From: Gemmatimonadota bacterium
Lineage (GTDB): Bacteria; Gemmatimonadota; Gemmatimonadetes; Longimicrobiales; Gaopeijiaceae
Direction of reading: 5' to 3'
Length of the DNA: 64,000 nt
Assembly: GCA_009692105.1 (NCBI GenBank)
Contig: SHZS01000003.1
Span: 5,136-69,135 of the forward strand
A model generated the notes under the pieces. That model was not told the DNA's origin and ran no database searches. It was given only the letters and a program-made list of their open reading frames with translations. Each line of letters begins with the position of its first letter. The first letter of the stretch is position 1. Positions 39,309 through 49,536 of this stretch are shown here, in pieces. The position numbers and the translations under genes are program-made.

Positions 39309-40790
39309 TCAGCGAATCGGGAGGCTCACGGTGATCTGATGGGTCAGGACGTGTACGTCCTGCAGGGTCAGGGGGCCGCTCGGCGCCACGATGAAGTCCG
39401 CGCCCGCGAAGGACTTCGCCCTCGCTCCGACGAAGTCCACCCCAGGGAGCCCCGTCCCGGTCGCTAGGCGCCCCGAATACCGGACCTCCACCTCTGGGAA
39501 ACGGATGTTCGCGCCCCAGGTCGGGGTCCATTCCATCCAAGACTCGTCCTGCTGGCGCCGGGAGCGGTCCACGTTGTTGAACTGCTCGAGCTCATATCCG
39601 TAGGAGTTGGCGAGGAGCCCGAGTTGTACGCCCCAGCGCTCCGCATCTCTTCCAATGCCAAACCGGATATGTACGTTACGGAAAAAGAATTCGTTTTCTA
39701 GTTCATTGTCTCCAGGCTTCAAATGTGAGCTGTCGGGCCGCACCACGGTGCTGTCCAGTACGGACCAGGTCTGGCTCCAGATCGGCTCGAGAACCACGTC
39801 CAGACCGACCTGGAGGGGGCCGGTCGACTTAGAGAGTCCCATCCCCATCTCGAACGCCCAGCTCTCCCCGGGATCCCTGGGGATGTTCTGGAGTGCGTAG
39901 TTCGGGATCTTCGGGTGGTCCTTCCGGTTCACCGTGAGGAGGCCCCCCGCGCGCCACCCCTCCGCCGCGATGGGGCGATCGTAGGCCCCGTGCACCCCCC
40001 AGCTCCGGCTGTCGTCCCACTCGGTCTGGTCGCGGACGAAGAGCTCGGTCCGCATCTCCTCCTCGATCCAACGCCATTCGATGTACCGGATGTCGTGCCG
40101 CATATCGAGCCGGTGGTAAAGGAGGAGGAGCTCGAAATCGCCGTCTCGGGAGTCTTTGCCGGAGAGGCCAACGCGAGCGTCTACGAGGTGTCCGCTCTCG
40201 TCCACCCCGTCGCTCCCCTGATAGAGGAGATCCACACCGTCCACGGCACCGATCGAGGCGTACGCGAGGCTCGCCCCGAAGGCCACCGATTCGTTTAGCC
40301 TCCTTCCTGCCAGGGTGTGCAGGTAGACGTTCCTGGCAGCGCCCTCGTCCAGACGCTGGGGCTGGGGCTGCGGCCAGCAGCACATCATCCGGTCCCAGAA
40401 GATGACGGACGTCTGCTGTTCGCGGTTCTCGATCTGCTGGATCGCTACGGTGCCGCCTCCAAACCAGTCGGAGCCGGTGAACAGGACCGCCAGGGGAAGC
40501 GTCTTCCCACCCCCGTTGTCGCCGGAGATTCCGTAAAAAGTAGGAGAGACAAAGAATGCGGACTCGGTCAGCGCCGCTCCTTTGGCTGGGTTCACGAACG
40601 GGTCCTGCCACCGGTCCGTGAGGGCGATCGACGGACTGCCCATCCCGAGGCGCTGGCTCGGATAGATCAGGAATTGGTCTCCGGAGGCGACGGGAACGCT
40701 CCGGAGGTCTACGAGCTGGGCCTGGACGGCGGTGGGATGAATAACTCCCAGTACCAACACCGCGACCAGAAGGGAATGGGTGCGAAACAT
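39309..40790 (-). CDS. Outer-membrane protein, uncharacterised family
   Basis: 493 aa with signal peptide MFRTHSLLVAVLVLGVIHPTAVQAQ. Composition is rich in aromatic/Gly beta-strand-like segments. Confidence 0.6.
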   Translation of the reverse strand: MFRTHSLLVAVLVLGVIHPTAVQAQLVDLRSVPVASGDQFLIYPSQRLGMGSPSIALTDRWQDPFVNPAKGAALTESAFFVSPTFYGISGDNGGGKTLPLAVLFTGSDWFGGGTVAIQQIENREQQTSVIFWDRMMCCWPQPQPQRLDEGAARNVYLHTLAGRRLNESVAFGASLAYASIGAVDGVDLLYQGSDGVDESGHLVDARVGLSGKDSRDGDFELLLLYHRLDMRHDIRYIEWRWIEEEMRTELFVRDQTEWDDSRSWGVHGAYDRPIAAEGWRAGGLLTVNRKDHPKIPNYALQNIPRDPGESWAFEMGMGLSKSTGPLQVGLDVVLEPIWSQTWSVLDSTVVRPDSSHLKPGDNELENEFFFRNVHIRFGIGRDAERWGVQLGLLANSYGYELEQFNNVDRSRRQQDESWMEWTPTWGANIRFPEVEVRYSGRLATGTGLPGVDFVGARAKSFAGADFIVAPSGPLTLQDVHVLTHQITVSLPIR

Positions 40791-40895
40791 GAATTGTCTC
40801 CTGTCGAGAGATCGACATCAGAACGAACGAGATGGGGGAAGCGTGACGCCCCGGATGACGCCCTGGATCACGCCAGAGGCAGCGCCGGCCCCGCG

Positions 40896-42575
40896 TCACT
40901 CGTCCGTGACGCACCCGTGGGAGGCGTCCTGCACCGTGCGGATGTAGCGAAAGAGCGTACCTCGCGTTGCCTTGTACGGAGGCATGGACCACGCTTTCCG
41001 GCGCCGGTCGAGCTCCTTGTCCGCCAACTCGACTGCGAGCGTGTTCTTCTCGGCATCGATGACGATGACATCTCCGTCCTCGAGGAGGGCGATCGCCCCC
41101 CCTTCCTGGGCCTCGGGGACGATGTGGCCAATCAGGAACCCGTGGGATCCCCCGGAAAATCGCCCGTCCGTGAGGAGGGCCACGTGCTCTCCGAGCCCGG
41201 CTCCGACGATCGCGGAGGTCGGGGTCAGCATCTCCGGCATGCCGGGGCCGCCCTTGGGGCCTTCATACCGGATCACGACCGCGTCTCCCTTCTTGATCTC
41301 GCCCCTCTCCAGGGCGACGAGCATCTCCTCCTCGGAGTCGTAGACGCGAGCGGGACCCCGGAACTGGAGCCCCTCCTTCCCCGTGATCTTTGCGACCGCT
41401 CCTCCCGGGGCCAGGTTCCCGCGAAGGATCCGGATGTGCCCCGTAGCTTTGATCGGGTCCTCGATCGAGTGGATGACGTCCTGACCGGCCGAGAATCCGG
41501 GAAGATCGGCGAGGTTCTCGGCCAGCGTCCGGCCGGTCACCGTCATGCAGTCCCCGTGGATGAATCCCTCCGCCAAGAGGTACTTGAGGATCGCGGGCGT
41601 GCCCCCGACTCGGTGCACATCCTCCATGACGTAGCGGCCCGAGGGCTTCAGATCCGCGAGGAACGGAACCCGGTCGCTCACCTCCTGGAAGTCGTCCAGC
41701 TCCAGGGGGACGTCCACCGCCCGCGCCATGGCGATCAGGTGGAGGACTGCATTCGTCGAGCCCCCCAGCGCCATGACGATGACCATCGCGTTCTCGAACG
41801 CCTCTCGGGTCATGATGTCCCGGGGCTTCAGGTCGAGCTTGAGGAGGTTCAGGATGGCCGCGCCGGAGGAGCGACACTCCTCGACTTTCCTGGGGTCGTC
41901 GGCCGGGGTGGAGGAGCTGTAGGGAAGAGACATCCCCATCGCCTCGATCGCGGACGCCATCGTGTTCGCCGTGTACATCCCGCCGCACGCCCCTGCGCCG
42001 GGGCACGCGTGGCGGACAACGTCGGCGCGGGCCCCTTCGTCGATCCGGTTCGCGATGAACTCTCCGTAGCTCTGAAAGGCGGAGATGATGTCGAGAACCT
42101 GGCCGTGGCTGTGCCCCGCGCGGATCGTCCCCCCGTAAATCATGAGCGAAGGGCGGTTCACCCGGGCCATGGCCATGATGCACCCCGGCATGTTCTTGTC
42201 GCAGCCGGGGAGCGAGATGTTCGCGTCGTACCACTGGGCACGCATGACGGTCTCGATGGAGTCGGCGATCAGGTCGCGGGACTGGAGCGAATAGCTCATT
42301 CCCTCGGTTCCCATCGAGATCCCGTCCGAGACTCCGACCGTATTGAAGCGCATCCCAACGAGCCCGGCGGTCACGACCCCCTCGCGCACCCGGGCTGCCA
42401 GCTCGTTCAGGTGCATGTTGCAGGTGTTCCCCTCCCACCAGACGCTCGCGATCCCCACCTGGGGCTTTCGGAGATCCTCGGGCGTGAGCCCGGTGCCAAG
42501 CAGCATGGCCTGGGAGGCTCCCTGGGACTTGGGCTCGGTGACGCGGGCACTGAAGACGTTCAGCTTCTTGGGCAT
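40896..42575 (-). CDS. ilvD: Dihydroxy-acid dehydratase
   Basis: 559 aa with PGCDKNMPG and [11 protein letters not shown]; reads as the IlvD/Edd family throughout. Confidence 0.95.
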   Translation of the reverse strand: MPKKLNVFSARVTEPKSQGASQAMLLGTGLTPEDLRKPQVGIASVWWEGNTCNMHLNELAARVREGVVTAGLVGMRFNTVGVSDGISMGTEGMSYSLQSRDLIADSIETVMRAQWYDANISLPGCDKNMPGCIMAMARVNRPSLMIYGGTIRAGHSHGQVLDIISAFQSYGEFIANRIDEGARADVVRHACPGAGACGGMYTANTMASAIEAMGMSLPYSSSTPADDPRKVEECRSSGAAILNLLKLDLKPRDIMTREAFENAMVIVMALGGSTNAVLHLIAMARAVDVPLELDDFQEVSDRVPFLADLKPSGRYVMEDVHRVGGTPAILKYLLAEGFIHGDCMTVTGRTLAENLADLPGFSAGQDVIHSIEDPIKATGHIRILRGNLAPGGAVAKITGKEGLQFRGPARVYDSEEEMLVALERGEIKKGDAVVIRYEGPKGGPGMPEMLTPTSAIVGAGLGEHVALLTDGRFSGGSHGFLIGHIVPEAQEGGAIALLEDGDVIVIDAEKNTLAVELADKELDRRRKAWSMPPYKATRGTLFRYIRTVQDASHGCVTDE

Positions 42576-42690
42576 GGCGAGATTGTACGGGGGGAGCGCA
42601 GGGAGGCCAAGGGGAACATCCTCCGTGGATCGCCGGGGCTTCTCTTCGTTAACTTGGTTCGCTCCTCAAAATCACAGGGATGCCTCGCCG

Positions 42691-43356
42691 ATGTACCTGC
42701 TCGTATTCGACTTCGATAGCACCCTGGTCTCCGTGGAAGGGCTCGACGAGCTCTTCGCACGGTCCCTGACCGGACATCCCGAGCAGGCAAGCCGGATCCA
42801 GGCGTTCCGCGAGGTCACGGACCTGGGGATGGCCGGCACGATCTCGGCGGAGGAGTCTCTGAATAGGAGGCTCGCAATCCTCGACGTGGACCGCGCGACG
42901 GTGGACACAGTTGCGGCCGAGATTCGGGAGAAGGTGACCCCGTCGGTGGCGAAACACGCCAGCTTCTTTCGAGAGAATGCCAAGCGGATCCACGTCGTCT
43001 CAGGCGGCTTCGAGGAGCTTATTCAGCCCACACTCGGCCGACTCGGACTCCCGCTCTCGCAGCTCCATGCGCACCGTTTCCAGTACTCGAAGGGACGCGT
43101 CGTCGGGCTCGATCCCACCACCGCAATGGCCCGGGGTGGGAAGGTCGGTATCGTCGGGGCACTCGGGTCGGGCAGCGAGCCGATGCCCATCTGGATCGTC
43201 GGCGACGGCGCCACCGATTTCGAGGTGAAGGAGCGCGGGTTCGCGGAGCGCTTCGTCGCCTTTACCGAGAACCGGTGGCGCGAACCGGTGGTGGCAACGG
43301 CGGACCACGTGGTCGGCTCCATGGATGAACTCCTCCAACTTCTCGAGGATGGGTGA
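42691..43356 (+). CDS. HAD-IB hydrolase, phosphoserine-phosphatase-like
   Basis: ATG 42691 gives MYLLVFDFDSTLV (DxDxT motif I); motif III is VGDGATD. Confidence 0.75.
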   Translation: MYLLVFDFDSTLVSVEGLDELFARSLTGHPEQASRIQAFREVTDLGMAGTISAEESLNRRLAILDVDRATVDTVAAEIREKVTPSVAKHASFFRENAKRIHVVSGGFEELIQPTLGRLGLPLSQLHAHRFQYSKGRVVGLDPTTAMARGGKVGIVGALGSGSEPMPIWIVGDGATDFEVKERGFAERFVAFTENRWREPVVATADHVVGSMDELLQLLEDG

Positions 43357-43658
43357 TCCCTCCGCTCGACATTCCCACGACCCTTTCGGTGAACTTCCCG
43401 AAGCTGAGCCTCTTCCTGACGAACGGCGCGGCCGGGACCTTTACGGGAAGCTGGACACAGGGGGGGAGCAGCAACGAGGTCGTGAATGGGTCCTACCAGG
43501 ATGGCGTGGTCCGATTCACGCTCGTGGGGTTTCAGGGCGGATCACCCACCTTTGTGGGGGCGCTGACCCACCGTTACCGAATATCAGGGACGCTAGAGCT
43601 GGACGAGCTGGACGGCCCGGCCGTCTTCCGACGCTCATCGTTCACGGTCCCAGACTGA
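43353..43658 (+). CDS. Small hypothetical beta-rich protein
   Basis: 101 aa with a GTG start overlapping the HAD stop (GTGA). GC3-rich. No family recognised. Confidence 0.45.
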   Translation: MIPPLDIPTTLSVNFPKLSLFLTNGAAGTFTGSWTQGGSSNEVVNGSYQDGVVRFTLVGFQGGSPTFVGALTHRYRISGTLELDELDGPAVFRRSSFTVPD

Positions 43659-43699
43659 CGGCGGGGACCCGGAACCCCAACGTTCAGTTGCAGCGAAGG

Positions 43700-44983
43700 T
43701 CAGTCGCGGCGGAAGACGCGATTGCGGGCGAGGCAATCCGCGAGCTCCCCGTAGATCTCCCGGAGCTGGTCCCGATCCCGGCCCCTTAGCAGCTCGTCCG
43801 GATCGCGGCGGGGCCCAAGGCTCCTGACGATCCGACTCGCCAGGGAGCCCTCTTCGAGAATCGTCAGGAGAGGATCGCGACCGTCTCCGTCCCGTTCCGG
43901 CCCCTCGCCCTCCCACGGCACGGGGGGCGCGCGGTCCAGGAGTTCCCACCACACGTCCCGGGCCCAGCGCACCTTTGCGGCTTTCGGGAGCCCCAGCGCC
44001 TCCATGTACCGGACGGACTCCAGGCGAGCGCCCTCGGCCTTCCGGATCACGAGGTCCAGCACGCCGGCCAGCTCGTCGGTTCCGAGCCGATGCGGGCGCT
44101 CGTCTCCGTCGAGGATCCGGGAGCAGAGCTGGTTCACGACCCCGGTGACCGCCCTCACCACGGACAGGTCGGCGGCCGGGCATTCCTGCGTATCCAAGAT
44201 TCGGAGCTCGATCGTGTCGCGCTCGAAGCGGGCGATGGCCCCACGGGCGTTCACCCATTCGTGCCGGAGCGTCCCGTCGGGGTCGTGCAGGGCGAGATCC
44301 CGATAAATCGGCCCTAAGATCTCCCTCTCGTAATCCTTCTGCGTGTCCACCGCATCCGGGACCACAGCACCGGCCACAGAAGGGATGCGGCGGGAATTCT
44401 GCCCATACTCCACCATGCGCTGGTCGAGGGCCTCCTGGACCCGCCCATCCAGGATCGGGCTAGAGGCCGCGACCGCCGGCAAGAGAGGGAGGATCGCGCG
44501 AACGGCCGAGTGGAGCGCCCGGAACTCATCGTCTCCTTGGAAGGGGAGGTTCAGATGGATCGACTGAAGGTTGGCCCACCCGTGCCCGCGACAGGAGAAG
44601 ATCCGGTCGAAGGCCTCATAGACCTCGTTGTTCTCGTGGGGCCAGAGACGAGCTTCGGCGTCGGGGTCCATCCAGGGGTGCGCCCCCCCAGGGAGGAGGA
44701 TCGCATCCAGGGAGGCGAGCGCGTCGTTCGCCTCGATGACATTCCGATGGAAGAGCGAAGAGAGACCGGTCAGCACAGGGGCCGGACCGATGGTCTTGAG
44801 CTCGATGACGTGGAGAACCAGCTCGTTCGACCAGGCGAGCTCACCCCGCTCCACCTCCGAAACCGGTTCCCCCGCCAACCGCTCTAGCAGGCGATCCGAG
44901 ATCGGCCGGACGTCCAGGGTCAGGCGGTCCACGATCATGTATTCGACTTCGACCCCGAACCCCTGGAAGAGGCCGAGGGTCAC
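43700..44983 (-). CDS. Carboxylate-amine ligase, glutamate-cysteine ligase family 2 (GCS2/YbdK-like)
   Basis: Starts LGLFQGFGVEVEYMIVD and contains GGAHPWMDP, as in GCS2 enzymes. GTG 44983 forms a GTGA overlap with the upstream stop. The track ORF extends to 45295. Confidence 0.75.
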   Translation of the reverse strand: MTLGLFQGFGVEVEYMIVDRLTLDVRPISDRLLERLAGEPVSEVERGELAWSNELVLHVIELKTIGPAPVLTGLSSLFHRNVIEANDALASLDAILLPGGAHPWMDPDAEARLWPHENNEVYEAFDRIFSCRGHGWANLQSIHLNLPFQGDDEFRALHSAVRAILPLLPAVAASSPILDGRVQEALDQRMVEYGQNSRRIPSVAGAVVPDAVDTQKDYEREILGPIYRDLALHDPDGTLRHEWVNARGAIARFERDTIELRILDTQECPAADLSVVRAVTGVVNQLCSRILDGDERPHRLGTDELAGVLDLVIRKAEGARLESVRYMEALGLPKAAKVRWARDVWWELLDRAPPVPWEGEGPERDGDGRDPLLTILEEGSLASRIVRSLGPRRDPDELLRGRDRDQLREIYGELADCLARNRVFRRD

Positions 44984-46455
44984 CGCGAGATCTTCCGGCC
45001 TTGGGAGCCGCGCTCGTCCAGCCTGCGACGGATCACCCTCATGATCTCGAGGTAGAGCTCGTCCTTGAGAACGGCGTCCTCCTGGCCTGCGTCCACGTTC
45101 GGGTTGTCGTTCACCTCCGTGACGACACACCGTCCGTTCACCTGTTTCAAGTCCACGCCGTAGAAGCCAGGTCCGATCAGGGTGGCGGCGCGCACCGCGA
45201 TGTCCACCACCTCCTCCGGGACCTCGGCCATCGGCACCGCCTCCACCTTCCCGTACCGGTTCTGCCGGCCGCCCCTCGCGCGAACGATCTGCCAATGGCC
45301 CGGCGCCATGTGGTATCGGCAGGCGAAGAGCGACCGCCCCTCGAGCACCCCGATGCGCCAGTCGAAGGACGACGGCGTCCAGGCCTGAGCGATCACCAGC
45401 TCGGATTCCTTGAAGAGCTCGGGGAGGATCCGCAGGAGATCGGCTCTGTCTTCCGCCTTGACCACTCCCCTCGAGAACGTTCCGTCAGGCCGCTTCAGGA
45501 CGCATGGAAGGCCGACACACTTCTCGATGTCGCCCGTATTTCCTTCGTGTACTACCAGGGTGGCGGGGGTCGGGATCCTGTGGCGCCGAAAGAGTTCCGC
45601 CTGATAGACCTTGTTCGAGCACCGGATGATGGACTCGGGATCATCAATGACGACCATCCCTTCCCATTCGGCGCGCCTGGCCATCCGGTACGTGTGGTGC
45701 TCCACGGCGGTCGTCTCCCGGATGAAAAGCGCGTCGTACTCGGCAACCCGCGCCGCGTCGTCGGGCTCGATCACGTCGGCTCGTATCCCCTGGGCCTGCG
45801 CGGCCTTCACGAACTTCCGGATCGCCCGGGCGTCCGACGGAGGGCTCGGGTCATTCTCCCGCCAGAGGATCGCGAGGTCATAGCGAGTATTCTCGGATCT
45901 CGCGGGGGCGGCGGGGCGGCGGAAGAATCGTGTCGCCTGCTCGACCGCGAACGGACGGTGCTCGTCGGGAAGCTCGGAGGTCGGGATGGGGCGGATCCCC
46001 ACGAGCGACCACTCCCCACGCTCCCTCACGAATCGGGCACGCAGGAGGGGAGCCGGAAACTCGTTGAAGAGCGCTCGGGCCAGCGCGTCGTGGCGACGCG
46101 CCAGATTCTTCCCGAAGTAGATCGAGAGAGTGAACTCGTCCGAAAGGAGCGGGGCCAAGCTCTTCTGGATGAGCGACTCGATATCGTCCGACACAAGGCG
46201 GACCACGCTCGAGCTCCCGAGGGACTGGAGGGTGGTGACCGATGGGATGGGGCGGTGCCCTCGGGCCTGGGCGAGGAGGGACACGTAATACCCGACGGAT
46301 TGGTATCCGTAGCGACGGCAGATATTGAAGACCGCCGCCCCCCTCAGAGCCGAATAGCGGTCCTCCGTCAGATAGGCGCGGGCCGAGACGAGCTCCACCC
46401 CTTCCACATCGAACGGCCAGCGGCTCGGGTTCTCGACGACGACCAGCGCCCTCAT
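44980..46455 (-). CDS. RimK-like ATP-grasp ligase with N-terminal RLAN domain
   Basis: 491 aa. The N-terminal ~90 aa (NICRRYGYQSVGYYVSLLAQARGHRPIPSV) look like RLAN. The C-terminal ATP-grasp region includes CVLKRPDGTFSRGV, VIAQAW, FACRYHMAPGHWQI and VVTEVNDNPN. Confidence 0.8.
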   Translation of the reverse strand: MRALVVVENPSRWPFDVEGVELVSARAYLTEDRYSALRGAAVFNICRRYGYQSVGYYVSLLAQARGHRPIPSVTTLQSLGSSSVVRLVSDDIESLIQKSLAPLLSDEFTLSIYFGKNLARRHDALARALFNEFPAPLLRARFVRERGEWSLVGIRPIPTSELPDEHRPFAVEQATRFFRRPAAPARSENTRYDLAILWRENDPSPPSDARAIRKFVKAAQAQGIRADVIEPDDAARVAEYDALFIRETTAVEHHTYRMARRAEWEGMVVIDDPESIIRCSNKVYQAELFRRHRIPTPATLVVHEGNTGDIEKCVGLPCVLKRPDGTFSRGVVKAEDRADLLRILPELFKESELVIAQAWTPSSFDWRIGVLEGRSLFACRYHMAPGHWQIVRARGGRQNRYGKVEAVPMAEVPEEVVDIAVRAATLIGPGFYGVDLKQVNGRCVVTEVNDNPNVDAGQEDAVLKDELYLEIMRVIRRRLDERGSQGRKISR

Positions 46456-47174
46456 CGTGGGACGCTCCGGACGCCGGGCTCCACGACGAGGAAGTTCGCG
46501 TCGTACGTCAGGACCCCTAGCAGGATCGCTCCGATCAGGCGCTGGATCCCGACCCGGTAGTAGTGCAGAAGGAAGCGAGGGTTCTCACCCAGCGGATCGG
46601 CCACGAGCACTTCGGCCGTGTCGGAGTCATAGCCGGAGAGCACCACGAAGTGCCCGGTCGGGAGGCCCCGCACGTCATCGTAAACGATCCGCCGTTCGCC
46701 CTGCTCCCGAGGGCAGCCGTAGAGGTACGTCGCCGAGAGACCGGTCAGGATCGGCCGTCTCTTCTCTAGGAAGCCGCGAAGGAGCTCCGGCGTGAGCTCC
46801 TGGAACCGGAGGTTACCTCCAAGCGCGAGGAAGTCCAGGTACACGTCGGTTGCGACGTGGAGCTTCGGGTCGTTCTTCACCCGGGCTTGATCCTTCAGGC
46901 GCGCGGGGAGAAGCTCGCGGTCCTCCTCGAACCAGGTCGGGTCGAAGACGTGCAGGTTGTACGTGTAGATGGTCGCCGAATACCCCCGGTGTAGCGCGTG
47001 GCGCGCCAGAAGAACCGCTAGCGTGCCGTGCGTGTCGAGCGGGACGATTTCCCGGATCACCCGCTCGAGCGGGATCTCGTCCCCGTAGAAGCCGTACAGG
47101 GCCTGGAGGCAGGTAGGCCCACAGGTCGTGTCGTCGGGCTGAGGAAGAATTCGGACTTCGAAGAGTTCGGACAT
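46452..47174 (-). CDS. Stand-alone C39-like (papain-fold) cysteine peptidase
   Basis: QPDDTTCGPTCLQALYGFYG carries the catalytic Cys context and PTGHFVVLSGYD the catalytic His context. I placed the start at ATG 47174 (MSELFEV). ATGA overlap with the ATP-grasp gene. Confidence 0.7.
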   Translation of the reverse strand: MSELFEVRILPQPDDTTCGPTCLQALYGFYGDEIPLERVIREIVPLDTHGTLAVLLARHALHRGYSATIYTYNLHVFDPTWFEEDRELLPARLKDQARVKNDPKLHVATDVYLDFLALGGNLRFQELTPELLRGFLEKRRPILTGLSATYLYGCPREQGERRIVYDDVRGLPTGHFVVLSGYDSDTAEVLVADPLGENPRFLLHYYRVGIQRLIGAILLGVLTYDANFLVVEPGVRSVPR

Positions 47175-47308
47175 CCGCGTGTTACCCACACGCACCCGGT
47201 CCGTTGCGGCACAGCGTTCCCGCTCTCGCAACAGCCACGAAGTTCGTCCCATCCCCGGCGCACCCTAAGGTTGACGGCGACGGGAAGCAGACCCAGCATG
47301 AGCAAGCT

Positions 47309-48124
47309 ATGCGGAATCTCCTAGTGGCTTTGGCGATGGGCAGCGCTGTCGTCCTCGTCGCGGCCCCCTCCGACGCTCAGGCTCAGAGGGCCGGCCCCAA
47401 CCCCATCGCCGTGGCGGATTCCTTCTATCTCAGGGAAGGAGACCCGGGTCGGGCGCTCGAGGTCCTCCGCCCCCTGGTGGTTTCCGGAGCCCGGGAATCC
47501 GGGGGCGACCCCCAGCTGTACGATGCTCTGTGGAAGGCCGCTCGGGCCAGCCTCACCATCGGGATCCTGGCCGAACCCAGGCGCGGGCAGGCGGAGTGGT
47601 ACCGGCTCGCCGAGGAGTACGGGCGCAGGGCGGTGGAGCTCGATTCGGAGCGACCCGAGGGACGCTACTGGCTGGTAGCGACGCAGGGACGCATGGCCCT
47701 TCGAGCAGGCGCGGTCGAGGCGTCCTCCCTCGCCGAGGCCGTGCGCGCCGGAGCACACGAGCTCCTCGAGAGGGATCCGGATCACGCGGGGGCGCACAAC
47801 GCACTCGGCCGCCTGTACCTCGCGGTGCTGTCCCTCCCTCGGATGTACCGAATGATGGGGCGGGCCCTCGCGGGAAGGACCACCTTCGCAGAAGCCACCT
47901 GGGCGGCGGCCGAGCAGCACCTCGCCCGGGCAGTCCAGCTCGAACCCGGGATGGTTATCTACCGGGTAGATCTCGCCCGCTTCCACCTGGCGCGGCGAAG
48001 CTGGGATGCCGCGGCGACCGATCTCAACGTTGCGCAGGCTCTCCCGGTCGTCTTCCCGGCGGATACCCTCTTCCAGCGCGAAGCATCGCAGCTCAGGCGC
48101 AGGATCCCTACCGCTTCCCGCTGA
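47309..48124 (+). CDS. Secreted helical-repeat (TPR-like) hypothetical protein
   Basis: ATG 47309 gives [26 protein letters not shown], followed by Ala/Leu/Arg-rich helical repeats. Confidence 0.55.
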   Translation: MRNLLVALAMGSAVVLVAAPSDAQAQRAGPNPIAVADSFYLREGDPGRALEVLRPLVVSGARESGGDPQLYDALWKAARASLTIGILAEPRRGQAEWYRLAEEYGRRAVELDSERPEGRYWLVATQGRMALRAGAVEASSLAEAVRAGAHELLERDPDHAGAHNALGRLYLAVLSLPRMYRMMGRALAGRTTFAEATWAAAEQHLARAVQLEPGMVIYRVDLARFHLARRSWDAAATDLNVAQALPVVFPADTLFQREASQLRRRIPTASR

Positions 48125-49022
48125 CGGTTCGGACCACGAGCTCAGGATCGGGACGCAGCTCCGCGAGTCCTTGGAGGGCCCGGGTGCCACGTTCGCGGCC
48201 GATGCGTGTCCGGATCTCGCGGTTCCGGGCGATTGCGGCCGGATCCGCGTAGGGGCGGTCGTGCTCCAGGTGCACCACGGGCAGACGGTGCCGCGCCTGC
48301 ACCCCGCGCACTCCGGCGTTCGCCAGTCGCTCACCCAGAGCGCGGTCCTCCCCCCCGTATGCCATGTCCATGTCGAACCCATTCGCGTCCAGGAGATGAC
48401 GGCGAAGCGCGGAGGCGTTGTGACCGTTCCAGGTGGCCTTCGTCGGGGTGAGCCAGTCCAGGATCCTCGCCGGGGCCTCCCATGGGAGCAGCCGGAGCGC
48501 GCGACGACCGGGATTCCACCCTCGCTCCCGGAGCCAGCCGGAGCGGAAGACGCTTCCGTCTCGCACGCCCTCCGCCGTCACCTGGACCGAGGTCTCCGCC
48601 GGGAGCCTCAGATACCCGCCGGATACGAAGCGCCCTTCCTGGGTGAGTCGAAGGTGCCCCTCCACGAAGTCCCGTCTCGGAATGCAGTCACCGTCCGAGA
48701 AGACCAGGACATCCTCGCCCGCGACTTCGAGCACCCGGTTCAGGATCGCGGTCTTCCGGAACCCACGGTCTGGATGCCAGACGTGGATCAGCGAAAGCCC
48801 GGTCGCCCGCGCGGCCTGGTCAAGAGCCTGGGCGGTCGGGGGGGTAGAGCCGTCATCCGCGATCAGGATCCGATCGGGTCGCCGCGTCTGGCACGCGTAC
48901 CCGTCCAGCACCAGCCGGAGGTAATGGGGCTGGTTGTAGGTCGAAAGGATGACGGCGATACTCACGGCTCCGCTGGACGCTCCCTCCGGCTCCGGGCATA
49001 TTCCACCCTTCCTACCACGCAT
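48108..49022 (-). CDS. Family 2 glycosyltransferase
   Basis: [21 protein letters not shown] and FSDGDCIP. The start is either ATG 49022 or GTG 48965. TAG stop. Confidence 0.8.
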   Translation of the reverse strand: MRGRKGGICPEPEGASSGAVSIAVILSTYNQPHYLRLVLDGYACQTRRPDRILIADDGSTPPTAQALDQAARATGLSLIHVWHPDRGFRKTAILNRVLEVAGEDVLVFSDGDCIPRRDFVEGHLRLTQEGRFVSGGYLRLPAETSVQVTAEGVRDGSVFRSGWLRERGWNPGRRALRLLPWEAPARILDWLTPTKATWNGHNASALRRHLLDANGFDMDMAYGGEDRALGERLANAGVRGVQARHRLPVVHLEHDRPYADPAAIARNREIRTRIGRERGTRALQGLAELRPDPELVVRTVSGKR

Positions 49023-49037
49023 GACCTGAGGGAACGC

Positions 49038-49256
49038 ATGCAGAACTCCATCGGAACGCTCACCGCCGAGCTGTCGGCCGTGAATACCGAGCTCTGGCAC
49101 GCGGAAGACGAGGCGAGGGTCGACGATGACCATCGCGTCGCCGCCGCGAAGCGCCGCATCGACAAGCTCAACCAGCGGCGGAACGACCTAATCGAGCGGA
49201 TCGACGAAGCAGTCATGGCGACGGTGCGCGACGCGAAGGGAGGCTCGAATGGCTGA
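49038..49256 (+). CDS. Small helical protein, DUF4254-like (tentative)
   Basis: 72 aa from ATG 49038: [12 protein letters not shown]...[19 protein letters not shown]. It is the 3' part of a long spurious track ORF (48006..49256). Confidence 0.55.
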   Translation: MQNSIGTLTAELSAVNTELWHAEDEARVDDDHRVAAAKRRIDKLNQRRNDLIERIDEAVMATVRDAKGGSNG

Positions 49257-49536
49257 GACCGTGGGCTCCCTCGTGGACAAGCTCGCCATCGTCGAACTCA
49301 AGATCTATCATATGCGCGAACAGACCGAGCGGGAGGATGCAACGGAGCTTTTCCGCTCCGAGTGCCGGGGTCGCCTTGCGGTGCTCGAGAGGCAGAGGGG
49401 CGACCTGGCTGATGAGCTCACGGGTCTGCTCTCCGACGTGGCCGCGCGCCGCGTGGTCCCCAAGGTCTACCGTCAATTCAAGATGTACAACGATCCAACC
49501 TACCGCCCCGCCCGTCCCCCGAGCCCATCGCCGTAG
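49249..49536 (+). CDS. Small helical protein, DUF4254-like (tentative)
   Basis: 95 aa with [18 protein letters not shown] and KMYNDP. ATGGCTGA overlap with the preceding small gene. Confidence 0.55.
   Translation: MAETVGSLVDKLAIVELKIYHMREQTEREDATELFRSECRGRLAVLERQRGDLADELTGLLSDVAARRVVPKVYRQFKMYNDPTYRPARPPSPSP

Noticed and set aside
40317-42719. Very long ORFs antisense to or overlapping recognised genes: 40317..42719 (800 aa), 15732..17618, 1644..2744, 5618..6679, 45001..46560, 53696..54955, 48006..49256, 37721..39205 and 58982..60040 (5' part).
   Set aside because: Their products are Arg/Pro/Gly/Ser-rich and low in complexity. They lie opposite genes with clear family signatures. Long spurious frames are expected in GC-rich DNA where stop codons are rare.
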